From Takakia lepidozioides (taxonomy: Eukaryota > Plantae > Bryophyta), in the NCBI GenBank assembly GCA_030704615.1, contig CM060731.1:55552001-55616000 (forward strand): DNA of 64,000 nucleotides, written 5' to 3'. Below the pieces are notes generated by a model that was not told the origin of the DNA, ran no database searches, and worked only from the letters and a program-made list of their open reading frames with translations. The position numbers were made by a program, and so were the translations under genes. Within the stretch, counting starts at the first letter, position 1, and every line of letters begins with the position of its first letter. Positions 11,701-23,788 of this stretch are shown here, piece after piece.

Positions 11701-12366
11701 CATGCCCTGCAGAAGCCCAGCCAGTCCACTGGAAGACGTGGGAGGGTTGAGCTCAAACAAGATGTCCCCATCAAACTGAGCTGGCACGTATTGAACCCGT
11801 TGCACTGGAAGGGACTCCCAATCAACAAAACGTAGCTCGCTCTTGCACCCAGGCACACCTGCGAGGGCTTTCAATTTTGGAATGACACTTGTTATCTCTT
11901 GCAATTCGTCATCATCCAATAAGGGAGTTTGCACTGGCGGAGGAATCTCAGAAACATCCTCCGAGGACGAGTCCGAAAGAGTAACGAAGGTAGTGGATGT
12001 GCTCACCTCTTGTTTCACAGGAACTGTGCCCTTCTGTTGCACGACCGATGCTGCAGTGCCAGGGGTAACGACTGATCCTGCTGATTGTCTTCTCTCTTTT
12101 CCAAGGACACGGTATGTTCCTGGAAGGACTCTCCACTTCCTTCCACACTCGCCAACCAAGGGTTTCTCCAAGTGCCCAGAATCCAAATTCCCATCCTCGT
12201 CATACACCTCTTTCTGAACAAGCAGAGAACCCAACTCCAGCGGGAACACTGTAACCAGCTCATCCTCATGAACAACTGCATACCCATCGTCGTCTGCAGT
12301 GGCAGTCAGTGGAAGAGTACCTGCATTGGAATGGAATCGAGCGAGTGCATCTCGCTCCCTCGACAT
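8796..12366 (-). pseudogene. MULE transposase (WRKY/GCM-like Zn finger, DDE core, SWIM), 2 exons, frameshift near 11075
   Basis: WLMFDH, FMADSAQA, CLFH, CNLAETVH, and SWIM CTCPDF...CKH. Intron ~10345-10209 (GTAAG...CTGCAG); the same intron position is seen in family 2. Confidence 0.85.
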
Positions 12367-13308
12367 GTTTTCCAGCACTGAACGAAACTGCCGATTCAGA
12401 ACGGAATCCCCGAACTGAGAGCCCGTAATTATCGAAAGTGGAAATACCACCAGCAAACTGAGGTCAACAAGGGTAGCACCAAACCAAAGGCTGCCGGCGA
12501 TGCATGCCAAGGATGTAGGGATGACGTGCACCTTCACCTCCCACCAACCAGAAAAACCGTTTTGAAAGACCAGAGCCACAAGAAGCCGTACTGTTTTTGG
12601 ATGGAAAACAAACCCTGAAAATGACATGAAACCATCCATTATGAAATGACGGCATCAACCCTGGAGAGCAGTAAACAGGAAGATCCGATTGTAATGAGAT
12701 TGTGTTGCGCCAGAATAGCACAGAACAAACACCGACACTCCAAGAGATACCTCGCACGAATGTGTGCAACACATGGTCATATCCGACACAATCCTTTATA
12801 CCGAATGACCCCATGGGGACGGTCACGGCATAAAAAAAATCACAGGGCATGCAGTACAACACACGTGGATGCATATGTGAAGCATAACAATTATTGCGAA
12901 TCTGGAAGAACTGCTCGGAATTGAAAAAGCACTACATTTCTACGGCGCATTCGAATTTGAAAGAAGGCAAGGAGGCCGCCATGTATTGGCAGGCGGCGAA
13001 GTACATCTGACATATATCGCAAATGCATGCAACGGATGTTCTTTTTCTTTGGCGCTTTATTAGCTGGGTAATACAAAGACGACAAAATGGATGAATTCCG
13101 TTCGCACACAATATCAACACCCGCATCCAAATACGGTTGACAACGTCCATTTTTATTTTTGTTACATGCGATACCAGCACTTGTTGCAAACGTCAAACTG
13201 GAGAGCTCCAGGGGCATCGTGGGGAGCCCTTGTTTCCAGCGGAGGAGAAAGAGAAGGAAGTCATTATACTTCACGAGTTCTAGAAACAGGAATAGAGCTA
13301 GATATATA

Positions 13309-16300
13309 ATGAGGATGGAAAGAGTGGAGGAAGAGGAAAAGGAGGAAGAAGAGGGAATACAGGAAAGTGTGGCGATGGAGGAGCAGGAATCTGGAGAAGA
13401 ACAACAACCCACCATAGTTCCAGGAACAGGCGAGGAGGACACTGCGTCTGAGGGAGAGACACACGACATGGAGGAAGATGTTGACACTGGCCTCACGAAC
13501 GATCTGACCACGGGAAAGAGGAAGGGGGAGAATCTCACCTACATAGTCGGCGAAGAGAGCAGCCCGAAGCGGAAAGGGTCCCCGGCAACTGGGGAGTCTT
13601 CTCGAGTAGCTAGGAAAAAGGTAAAATCTACAGGACCCATATTTGTGAAGAATTCGGCTTTCAATGGCAGGTATTTGTGAAAGAAAGAACCATTCAGCGG
13701 CAGCTCAAACAGTGTGCGTTGCCGCACACTGTTTGAGTTGCACATGTCACTGTTTAAGGGTGCAAAATTCTTCCTTCAACGACACCTTTCTGAGGATGAA
13801 ATGAACCCCGCACTGCCAGCTCAAACAGTGTGCAGCAACGCACACTGTTTGAGCAGATCTTTTCAATGTTGTAGGGTGCAAAATTTGGCCTTGGAGTCAG
13901 TTATCTGCAGGTGAAATGAACCCTTCCCAGCCAGCCCAAACAGTGTGCGGCGCCGCACACTGTTTGAGCTGAACATTTCAATGTTTCTGGGTGCAAAATT
14001 TGGACTTCAGGGGCACCCTTCTGAGGATGGAATGAACCCTGCACTGCCAGCTCAAACAGTGTGCGGCAACGCACACTGTTTGAGCCGAACATTTCAATGT
14101 TTAAGGGTGCAAAATTTGGACTTCATGGGTACCTTTCTGAGGATGGAGTGAACCCTGCAATGCCAGCACAAACAGTGTGCGGCAACGCACACTGTTTGAG
14201 CTGAACATTTCAATGTTTAAGGGTGCAAAATTTGGACTTCATGGGTACCTTTCTGAGGATGGAATGAACCCTGCACTGCCAGCTCAAACAGTGTGCGGCA
14301 ATGCACACTGTTTGAGCTGAACATTTCAATGTTTCAGGGTGGAAAATTTGAACTCCAGGGGCACCTATCTGAGGATGAAATGAACCCTACACTGTCAGCT
14401 TAAACAGTGTGCGGCAACGCATACTGTTTGAGCTGAACACTTCAATGTTTCAGGGTGCAAAATTTGGACTTCAGGGGCACCAGTTTGAGGATGAAATGAA
14501 CCCTTCAATGTCAGCCCAAACAGTGTGCGGCAACGCACACTGTTTGAGCTGAACACTTCAATGTTTCAGGGTGCAAAATTTGGACTTCAGAGGCACCTCT
14601 CTGAGGATGAGATGAACCCTTCACTGTCAGCCCAAACAGTGTGCGGCAACGCACACTGTTCGAGCTGAACATTTCAATGTTTCTGGGTGCAAAATTTGGT
14701 CTTCAGGGGCACCTGTTTGAGGATGAAATGAACCCTTCACTGTCAGCCCAAACATTGTGCGGCAACGCACATTGTTTGAGCTGAGCACTTCAATGTTTCT
14801 TGGTGCAAAATTTGGACTTCAGGGGCACCTATCTCAGGATGAAATGAACACTGTGCTGCCAGCTCAAACAGTGTGCGGCAATGCACACTGTTTGAGCTGA
14901 GCATTTCAATGTTTTAGGGTGCAAAATTTGGTCTTGATGTCTGTTATGTGAGGGTGAAATGAACCCTTCACTGCCAGCTCAGACAGTGTGCGGCAACGCA
15001 CACTGTTTGAGCTGAGCATTTCAATGTTTCTGGGTGCAAAATTTGGACTTCAGGGGCACCTGTGTGAGGGTGAAATGAACCCTTCACTGCCAGCTCAGAC
15101 AGTGTGCGGCAACGCACACTGTTTGAGCTGAACACTTCAATGTTTCAGGGTGCAAAATTTGGACTTCAGAGGCACCTCTCTGAGGATGAGATGAACCCTT
15201 CACTGTCAGCCCAAACAGTGTGCGGCAACGCACACTGTTCGAGCTGAACATTTCAATGTTTCTGGGTGCAAAATTTGGTCTTCAGGGGCACCTGTTTGAG
15301 GATGAAATGAACCCTTCACTGTCAGCCCAAACAGTGTGCGGCAACGCACACTGTTTGAGCTGAGCACTTCAATGTTTCTTGGTGCAAAATTTGGACTTCA
15401 GGGGCACCTGTGTGAGGGTGAAATGAACCCTTCACTGCCAGCTCAGACAGTGTGCGGCAACCCACACTGTTTGAGCTGAGCACTTCAATGTTTCTTGGTG
15501 CAAAATTTGGACTTCAGGGGCACCTGTGTGAGGGTGAAATGAACCCTTCACTGCCAGCTCAGACAGTGTGCGGCAACGCACACTGTTTGAGCTGAGCATT
15601 TCAATGTTTCTGGGTGCAAAATTTGGACTTCAGGGGCACCTGTGTGAGGGTGAAATGAACCCTTCACTGCCAGCTCAGACAGTGTGCGGCGACGCACACT
15701 GTTTGAGATGAGCATTTTAATGTTTCTGCGTGCAAAATTTGGACTTCAGGGGCACCTGTGTGAGGGTGAAATGAACCCTTCACTGCCAGCTTAGACAGTG
15801 TGCGGCAACGCACACTGTTTGAGCTGAGAATTTCAATGTTTCTGGGTGCAAAATTTGGACTTCAGGGGCACCTGTGTGAGGGTGAAATGAACCCTTCACT
15901 GCCAGCTCAGACAGTGTGCGGCAACGCACACTGTTTGAGCTGAACACTTCAATGTTTCAGGGTGCAAAATTTGGACTTCAGAGGCACCTCTCTGAGGATG
16001 AGATGAACCCTTCACTGTCAGCCCAAACAGTGTGCGGCAACGCACACTGTTCGAGCTGAACATTTCAATGTTTCTGGGTGCAAAATTTGGTCTTCAGGGG
16101 CACCTGTTTGAGGATGAAATGAACCCTTCACTGTCAGCCCAAACAGTGTGCGGCAACGCACACTGTTTGAGCTGAACATTTCAATGTTATAGGGTGCAAA
16201 ATTTGGTCTTCAGGGGCACTTGTTTGAGGATGAAATGAACCCTTCACTGTCAGCCCAAACAGTGTGCGGCAACGCACACTGTTTGAGCTGAGCACTTCAA

Positions 16301-19300
16301 TGTTTCTTGGTGCAAAATTTGGACTTCAGGGGCACCTGTGTGAGGGTGAAATGAACCCTTCACTGCCAGCTCAGACAGTGTGCGGCAACGCACACTGTTT
16401 GAGCTGAGCACTTCAATGTTTCTTGGTGCAAAATTTGGACTTCAGGGGCACCTGTGTGAGGGTGAAATGAACCCTTCACTGCCAGCTCAGACAGTGTGCG
16501 GCAACGCACACTGTTGGAGCTGAACACTTCAATGTTTCAGGGTGCAAAATTTGGACTTCAGAGGCACCTCTCTGAGGATGAGATGAACCCTTCACTGTCA
16601 GCCCAAACAGTGTGCGGCAACGCACACTGTTCGAGCTGAACATTTCAATGTTTCTGGGTGCAAAATTTGGTCTTCAGGGGCACCTGTTTGAGGATGAAAT
16701 GAACCCTTCACTGTCAGCCCAAACAGTGTGCGGCAACGCACACTGTTTGAGCTGAGCACTTCAATGTTTCTTGGTGCAAAATTTGGACTTCAGGGGCACC
16801 TATCTCAGGATGAAATGAACACTGTGCTGCCAGCTCAAACAGTGTGCGGCAATGCACACTGTTTGAGCTGAGCATTTCAATGTTTTAGGGTGCAAAATTT
16901 GGTCTTGATGTCTGTTATGTGAGGGTGAAATGAACCCTTCACTGCCAGCTCAGACAGTGTGCGGCAACGCACACTGTTTGAGCTGAGCATTTCAATGTTT
17001 CTAGGTGCAAAATTTGGACTTCAGGGGCACCTGTGTGAGGTGTGAAATGAACCCTTCACTGCCAGCTCAGACAGTGTGCGGCAACGCACACTGTTTGAGC
17101 TGAGCATTTCAATGTTTCTGGGTGCAAAATTTGGGCTTCAGGGGCACCTGTGTGAGGGTGAAATGAACCCTTCACTGCTAGCTCAGACAGTGTGCGGCAA
17201 CGCACACTGTTTGAGCTGGGCATTTCAATGTTTCTGGGTGCAAAATTTGGACTTCAGGGGCACCTGTGTGAGGGTGAAATGAAACCTTCACTGCCAGCTC
17301 AGACAGTGTGCGGCAACGCACTCTGTTTGAGCTGAGCATTTCAATGTTTCTGGGTGCAAAATTTGGACTTGAGGGGCATCTGTGTGAGGGTGAAATGAAC
17401 CCTTCACTGCCAGCTCAGACAGTGTGCGGCAACGCACACTGTTTGAGCTGAACATTTCAATGTTCTAGGGTGCAAAATTTGGACTTCAGGGGCACGTCTC
17501 TGAGGATGAGATGAACCCTTCACTGTCAGCCCAAACAGTGTGCGGCAACGCACACTGTTTGAGCTGAGCACTTCAATGTTTCTTGGTGCAAAATTTGGAC
17601 TTCAGGGGCACCTATCTCAGGATGAAATGAACACTGTGCTGCCAGCTCAAACAGTGTGCGGCAACGCACACTGTTTGAGCTGAACATTTCCCTGTTTTAG
17701 GGTGCAAAATTTGGTCTTGATGTCTGTTATGTGAGGGTGAAATGAACCCTTCACTGCCAGCTCAGAAAGTGTGCGGCAACGCACACTGTTTGAGCTGAAC
17801 ATTTCAATGTTTAAGGGTGCAAAATTTGGTCTTTGCTGTCTGTTATCTGAGGATGAAATGAACCCTTCAAAACCAGCTCAAACAGCGTGCGGCAACGCAC
17901 ACTGTTTGAGCAGACCTTTTCAATGTTTTAGGGTTCAAAATTTGGTCTTGATGTCTGTTATGTTAGGGTGAAATGAACCCTTCACTGCCAGCTCAGACAG
18001 TGTGCGGCAACGCACTCTGTTTGAGCTGAACACTTCAATGTTTCAGGCTGCAAAATTTGGACTTCAGGGGCACCCCTCTGAGGATGAGATGAATCATTCA
18101 CTGTCAGCCCAAACAGTGTGCGGCAACGCACACTGTTTGAGCTGAGCATTTCAATGTTTCTGGGTGCAAAATTTGGACTTCAGGGGCACATTTCTGAGTA
18201 TAAAATGAACCCTTCACTGTCAGCTCAAACAGTCTGCGGAACCGCACACTGTTTAGGCAGAACATATGAATATTGAAGGGCGCAACTTTCGGCCCTCATG
18301 GGCAGATATTTGAGCAGAACTTTTCAATGTTCTTTCCCAGTGAAAATCGGGAACATAGTGCAGGTCCGTGAGGATCAATGAACACTTACCTGGCAGCTCA
18401 AAGAACACTTACCTTTTTATCCCACTTTTTCATGCATCGGTCGACGTTTCATTCCTCTCTTATAAGAATTTGAGTGAACAACCTTGCAGGAGAAAATGCA
18501 AAGTGTGGCGGATGAGGTCCCTCAGGGTCAGGGGAAGGAGACCATAGTTGATGTTGACGATGAGTTTTATGAAAGCAAAGCCGCTGAGATGCTGGGGGGT
18601 CAAAAGGTGAACTCTCAGCTTGTGGTTCAAAGTATGCTTGCTCCTGGTGGGAGGTTGAAGATTCCCCTGTGTAGGTTGGTTTCCATGCCCGTCGTTCGTC
18701 CACCCTTGTCAAAGACATTCTCAAGCTGGAGGCCGAGTTTGTTCATGGGTATTTGGATGGATCCGCAGTCTTTTACGTTTCTACTAGGGATTCTAGAGGT
18801 AACGAGCTCCTTTTGGATGAGTCAATCGTCGACTCCTGGGACCCCATTTGGAGACAGGTGAACGAATCCTTCGAACTTCTTCTCTCCAGGAAACCTTCCA
18901 CCCAAGTATTCTCGGGGAAGATGTTTCACGTTTGGGATGGCAACCACCGGTTGCTTGCATGGATGGCTGTCATTGGGAGGCTGCACTCACAGGAGGAAGA
19001 GTGGCATTACTCTGTTCGATCGATGGTGCTTGATTGTGACGACAACATGATGGGTCTTCTGACGGCAATGAATGATGTGAACAGGTTGGTTTCTCATTGT
19101 ACATGTTGCACTTCTGGTTCCGTTCTTCCTTGATTCAAGTCCTTGAATTACATTCTGAAATTCAGATATCATTCTGCAGAGGGACGGAGACATCCCATGT
19201 CAAAACGAGTCTGGTTCACACACTGTATAGGATACAAAGGATCGGGCAGATGCCCTTGACCAACTTCAAGACCATCCTTTCGGCAGAGATGTATAAGAAA

Positions 19301-22300
19301 TGCGAAAGCTCCAAGACTTCGGAAACATGGTACTCGTTGACCCGTGAGGCTTTCATGGAGTACATGTACACGGTGAGATATATCTTCCTTCATCTGGCCT
19401 TTCCATATTCCTGCTTCCACATGTTTGTTTCTGTCTGTCTCCCTTGACCTTGGATTGATGCAACTCTCTTGCATTCCCTTGCAGCAAGACATTGCAGATG
19501 CAGGGGAGCATGGCAAACTGGAATACTACAGCTCTACCCCTGAGGAGAGAAGGACAGCAAAGGGGGTTGAAAGTCACATCCAGAAGGAGATGAACGCTAC
19601 AAGAAGGACAATAATGAGTGCTTTTGTGAAGCAGTTGAGAATGGCCGACCCATCATTCGGGCCGCAGTTTCTCCTGGAGATAAAAAACCATTATAACAAG
19701 CCAGGCAAGCCGGAGATGGCCCAGGAGAAGTTGCACAGGTTGTCTACCGCCGTCGTGTCTTCTGAACAGAAGGTGAAGTGGCTACAGATATGGAACTCCG
19801 ATCCCACAGTTAGGGATACCCACATGTTCCCAAGGCCAGAGAAGGAGAAGAAGACCCAGCGTGTCAGTGACAATGTGCTGGACACCTGGCTTCACAAGGC
19901 CACTTACTGGAGCCAGGTGTGATGTCCTATCGTATCTCACTTTCTTTTCTCTTTTCCTGTCCTTCTCTTCCCATTGCCTCTTACATTCGCTGTGACTGTT
20001 TTTGGGTTCATTCTTCCATTTCAATTGTTTTGCAGTTGGAAGAAAGGGCCCGATCGGTTCTGCATACTCAGCTGGCTGACTATGGCATCACTATGACAGC
20101 TCCGAAGGTCTCCTTCGAAGCATACATGAGGAAATGGAGAGCCACAGTGTGGCACTCTGGTTTCTTTAGAGAGTTCAGCAAAGAGGGTGGCATCAGTCGA
20201 ACAAATGAGCTTGACCAGCAGGAAAAAGGAGAGGAAGCCTGGAAACGATGCCTTTACAGGTGCACACCCTTGCACTCTTTGCTTGTGTTGTGGTTGCAAT
20301 GTGTTGTGTGGCATACTGTTTAAGGGGGTCTTCCTGGTGTGTTGAAAAAGCTGGGACACAATATGTGCATTGGAAAATGAGGCTGTGTCTGTTCCTGCAG
20401 GTACATTAAGTTTGTTCTCTTGGAAGAGAATTGCTTGGACAAACATCCAGATTTCGTGGACCTTTGGCTTGTCCCTGCTGGCAACCAGACCATGTTCACT
20501 GCTGGGATCTTGCATGACTGGGTCCAGACCATCTTTCTTCTTGTGGTTGGTATTTGGATTGCCCTCCTTCAGAGACCCCAGCTGTAGAGTTGTCTTTGAG
20601 GAGAGAGAATGACCGTATTGCAGCCACTGCCGCAGCAGCGGACCTCGACATTCATGAGCGTAATCTGAGGACTCTTGCAGAGAAGGAGCCTCCCGCTCAG
20701 GATACCCCGGGTAGAGGAAGAAAGGCAAAGGGAAAAGATGTTGCTGGTGTTGTGGGGAAGGGAAGGGGTAGAGGGAAGGTGGCACAAGGGCAGGGAAGTG
20801 TTGCAGCTATTGGCCCTGTGGAGCATGTCCAGCAGACTCCACCGCATGGTAGGGGATCCGGGAGAAAAAACAAGGGGGTGGTTGATCCCAAAGGACCCGT
20901 ACCATGCAGTGGAACATCCCACGAGGGTCATTCGTCCAACCAGGTTGGAGATTGCCAACGTCGGGTTCCTTGCAATGATGGAGTCGAAGAAATCTGATTA
21001 CAAGGGCGAGCCATCACCAGTGTGGGAGAGGATTGTCGAGTTCCTCAGCACGGTGCGTGTTCTCTTTGGGTTCTGTGGCTTCTGCTCTCTTTGTCTGCTG
21101 TGGGCATGGATCGTTTATAAACTTGTCAGAATTCCATTGTATTTTTGTTTGCAGGCTAAAATGACCAAATCGTGGGTGAACGGGAAGGAGAAGCCATATG
21201 CAGCGGAACTCATCATCTTGGACATCCCTGATGGGTTGGCAGTCCCGGATATCCCTCCATCGGGTGCTTGTCCGGGTTGGAATGCATTTGATGAGCGCTA
21301 CTGGCGGTGGGTTTTTTCCTTTTGCAACTTCTTCCTTTCCGATGCAGGTGTTTTGGTTCTCATCCAGTCCATCGATGTTCGGTGTCGCCGTGCCCTTGCC
21401 AGCTATTTGAAAGCCTCGGGCATGAGAGTCGTGAAGACATGGAATTGTGTGAACAGCATGTACCTTACGAAGGGGGATCGTCCGGGAGAGATGGTGAGTT
21501 TCCCTTCTTCTTCCTCTTCTTTTTTGTTCTGGGATTGTGTTGTATAGGTCGCTCCAACTCATATGTAGGGGCCCGATTTTATTTTGGTTCTTAGTTCCTT
21601 GTGGATGTCATGTTCGCAGACTCGTCTGTTTGAAGCTGTTTGTCTCGTCCGGGTGCATCCACCAACGACTCCGGCCGGCATTACGGAGTTTGCCATCACT
21701 CACGGGGGCAAGTTCATAGATGACAGGACAGATCCTCCCACGGATGACATGCATCACAACTACGTCGACAGCAACGTGTGCTTGCGAAGGGGGAATGGGG
21801 TTCCTTGGAGAGGGGCGAGGGAGAGGAGCCCGGCTTTCATTCAAACGATTGTGGAGTGCTGCACCTACACAGACGCCAGAGTTCTGGATTTGTCGATGGG
21901 CACAGGTTCGTCTCTTCAACATTCACATTTCATGAGGTTTGATTGAGCTTGCACTTTCAGCACTTTCCACCGTTCCGAATGTGTCTTCAATGTCTGCTTA
22001 CTTCATTCTATTCCACTGCAGGTGCTTCGTACCACGCTTGCAAGGCCAGTGCGCGACATGTCTTTGGGATTGAAGGGGATGCTGAGATTTACAAGAACCT
22101 CCTGATGGGTTTGGGTGGACACACTTCTCAGGTCCTTCCGAAGCCCCGTCCCGCTGATACTGGTACAGAGGAGACTTCTGACAAGGAGCTGGACTCCGAC
22201 TTTGCCTGTGAGTAAGTTGAACCTGTGCATGCTTGCATTGTTGTTTCAATATCGAGAATCGCTGTTCTTGAGGCAAAGTGCACATGGGAGACATCCTCTT

Positions 22301-22599
22301 CGTTGGACTTGTGCATTGCATCATTGTGTTAAAAATGGGATTTTGTGGACATGTGTAGGAGTCCGCGTGCTTCCACTTGCCCTCCTGGGCTATCACACCT
22401 ATTTGGACTTGTTTTCAGTCCTCCTCGGTCTTGTGTGCTACCTGTCTATGCGGAGGCACTCGCAGCAAGCATGTCCGTTCATGGCACTCAGAGTCCACCT
22501 TGCGATGGCCTTCGTAGAACACGTGGTGTTGGGGCCAGAATCTTTGTAGATGACATAGCACAGGAGGTGGACATTGATTGTGATGACTGCGACACTTGA
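13309..22599 (+). CDS. Multi-exon ParB/Srx-like + beta-class amino-DNA-methyltransferase-like gene (family 1), probable frameshift near 18712
   Basis: Acidic first exon. KIPLCRLVSMPVVR...MFHVWDGNHRLLAW (~18660-18965). ELIILDIPDG (~21205-21235). RSPAFIQTIVECCT..VLDLSMGTG (~21825-21906). RHVFGIEGD (~22053-22080). GT-AG introns; exon limits approximate. Confidence 0.75.
13695..18300. repeat. Tandem array of ~40 x 116-bp units, each with a long palindrome
   Basis: CTCAAACAGTGTGCG-GCAA-CGCACACTGTTTGAG recurs at ~13711, 13827, 13942, 14058, 14174 ... 18231. Confidence 0.95.
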
Positions 22600-23012
22600 T
22601 ATGAAGTATTCTTTTGGTTAAATTCTGGGACAAATTTGAAATGGGATGGTTGTGTGTCCTTATTGTCCTCTTTGCAATGTGTGCATGGAATTCACATTCA
22701 TGGTTCCAAACTATTGTTGGAGATGGGGGTTGCATGGACTGCCCGGATTGTTCCTTCAATATATTTGTTGTTTTGTGGACCTCACAGACTTGAGTACATT
22801 GCAAAAACAAACAAACCACTTTGTTCTCAATTCTCAATTCTCCCCACATCAACCCGCGGAAATAGGTGACACCACTCGGAAATAGGTGACATCCGCGGAA
22901 ATAGGCACTGTTTGCATGCTGACGTGGCGTGAGCCTGTGCTGGGCTCACGCTTTCCTGGGCTCACAGGCTCACGCCTCCAGGCTCACGGAATAGCACCCC
23001 CCCCTTCTCGTC

Positions 23013-23470
23013 GATGACCTTATGCGGTAATCCCTCCTATTCTTCCTTAGAGGTACGAACCTCTTTTTGAAGGTGGGGCATATAAGTTTTCCAACTAGGG
23101 GTTGAGACTTGACCCTATGTTTGTGAGTGCCTTGAGCGCATGCTTGCCCATAGTGAGCAAGATTTTTGTCGCTAAACAAGGAGAAGCAAACATAAAAAAA
23201 CTTACGGTTGGAGCGAAAGTGCCTCATTCTTCAATTAGAGAACCTTATCTCGTGAGGGCGGGGGTTCTTGCATAAGACATAATAGTCTATAACATCCCTT
23301 TAGGCACGATAGGCGCACTTTGTATGCATTTGTCTTGGTTTCCATTGCATTTGTATTTGGGTCCGAACCGGCCCCCCTTAAAATTTACTGTGTCTTTTTC
23401 TAGTATTTTTTCTACTTTTTGTTACCTTTGCAAGCCTTTGTTGACCACCCTAAACCCTAAACCCTAAAAC
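23013..23470 (+). mobile_element. Remainder of the PLE pLTR, ending in (CCCTAAA)3
   Basis: Follows the MULE TSD. The telomeric tract at 23448-23470 resembles the ends of the upstream pLTR units. Confidence 0.6.
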
Positions 23471-23788
23471 CTCTCTACACCAATTTTGTCTGGATCAAAA
23501 GTTTTAAAATATATACAGCTTCACCACCACTTTTCAAAAGTTGGATGCTGTTGCAAATTGACAACTCCCGAGGGCTTGGCTAAATTTATCAAAGTATTTA
23601 TTGACTACTAGGACTTACAATACAGAATTCAGGGGGGAAATGAGATAATCAGCGAGCTGCCAGATGACCAGATGACCAGCGAGCTGCCTGATCAAGGGAC
23701 TCTCTCTGTATAAGAAAGGCTTTCTTTTAGCCTCCCGCATTTTACCAAATAACTTTAGGTGGAGCCAATAGAGTCAGCCTCTACAGTT

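Larger units (their letters stand above)
8378..23003. mobile_element. Complete ~14.6-kb Mutator-like element (family 1) carrying a ParB-MTase gene and a 116-bp array
   Basis: 9-bp TSD CTTCTCGTC at 8369-8377 and 23004-23012 (8-10 bp possible because of the C run). Imperfect TIRs GCTA...CGTGAGCC and subterminal CGTGAGC repeats. It contains a MULE transposase and is inserted in the PLE pLTR. Confidence 0.85.

Noticed and set aside
9514-12217. Plus-strand ORFs opposite the transposase (and similar antisense ORFs opposite gag-pol)
   Set aside because: Shadow frames of GC-rich coding sequence with no motifs.
13695-18300. CRISPR array (palindromic repeat with regular spacing)
   Set aside because: The inter-palindrome segments are homologous to each other rather than unique spacers. 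There are no cas genes and the context is eukaryotic.
18484-22215. Bacterial or plasmid contamination as the source of ParB/MTase
   Set aside because: The gene has conserved GT-AG introns and sits in a TSD-bounded plant-type MULE among plant retroelements.
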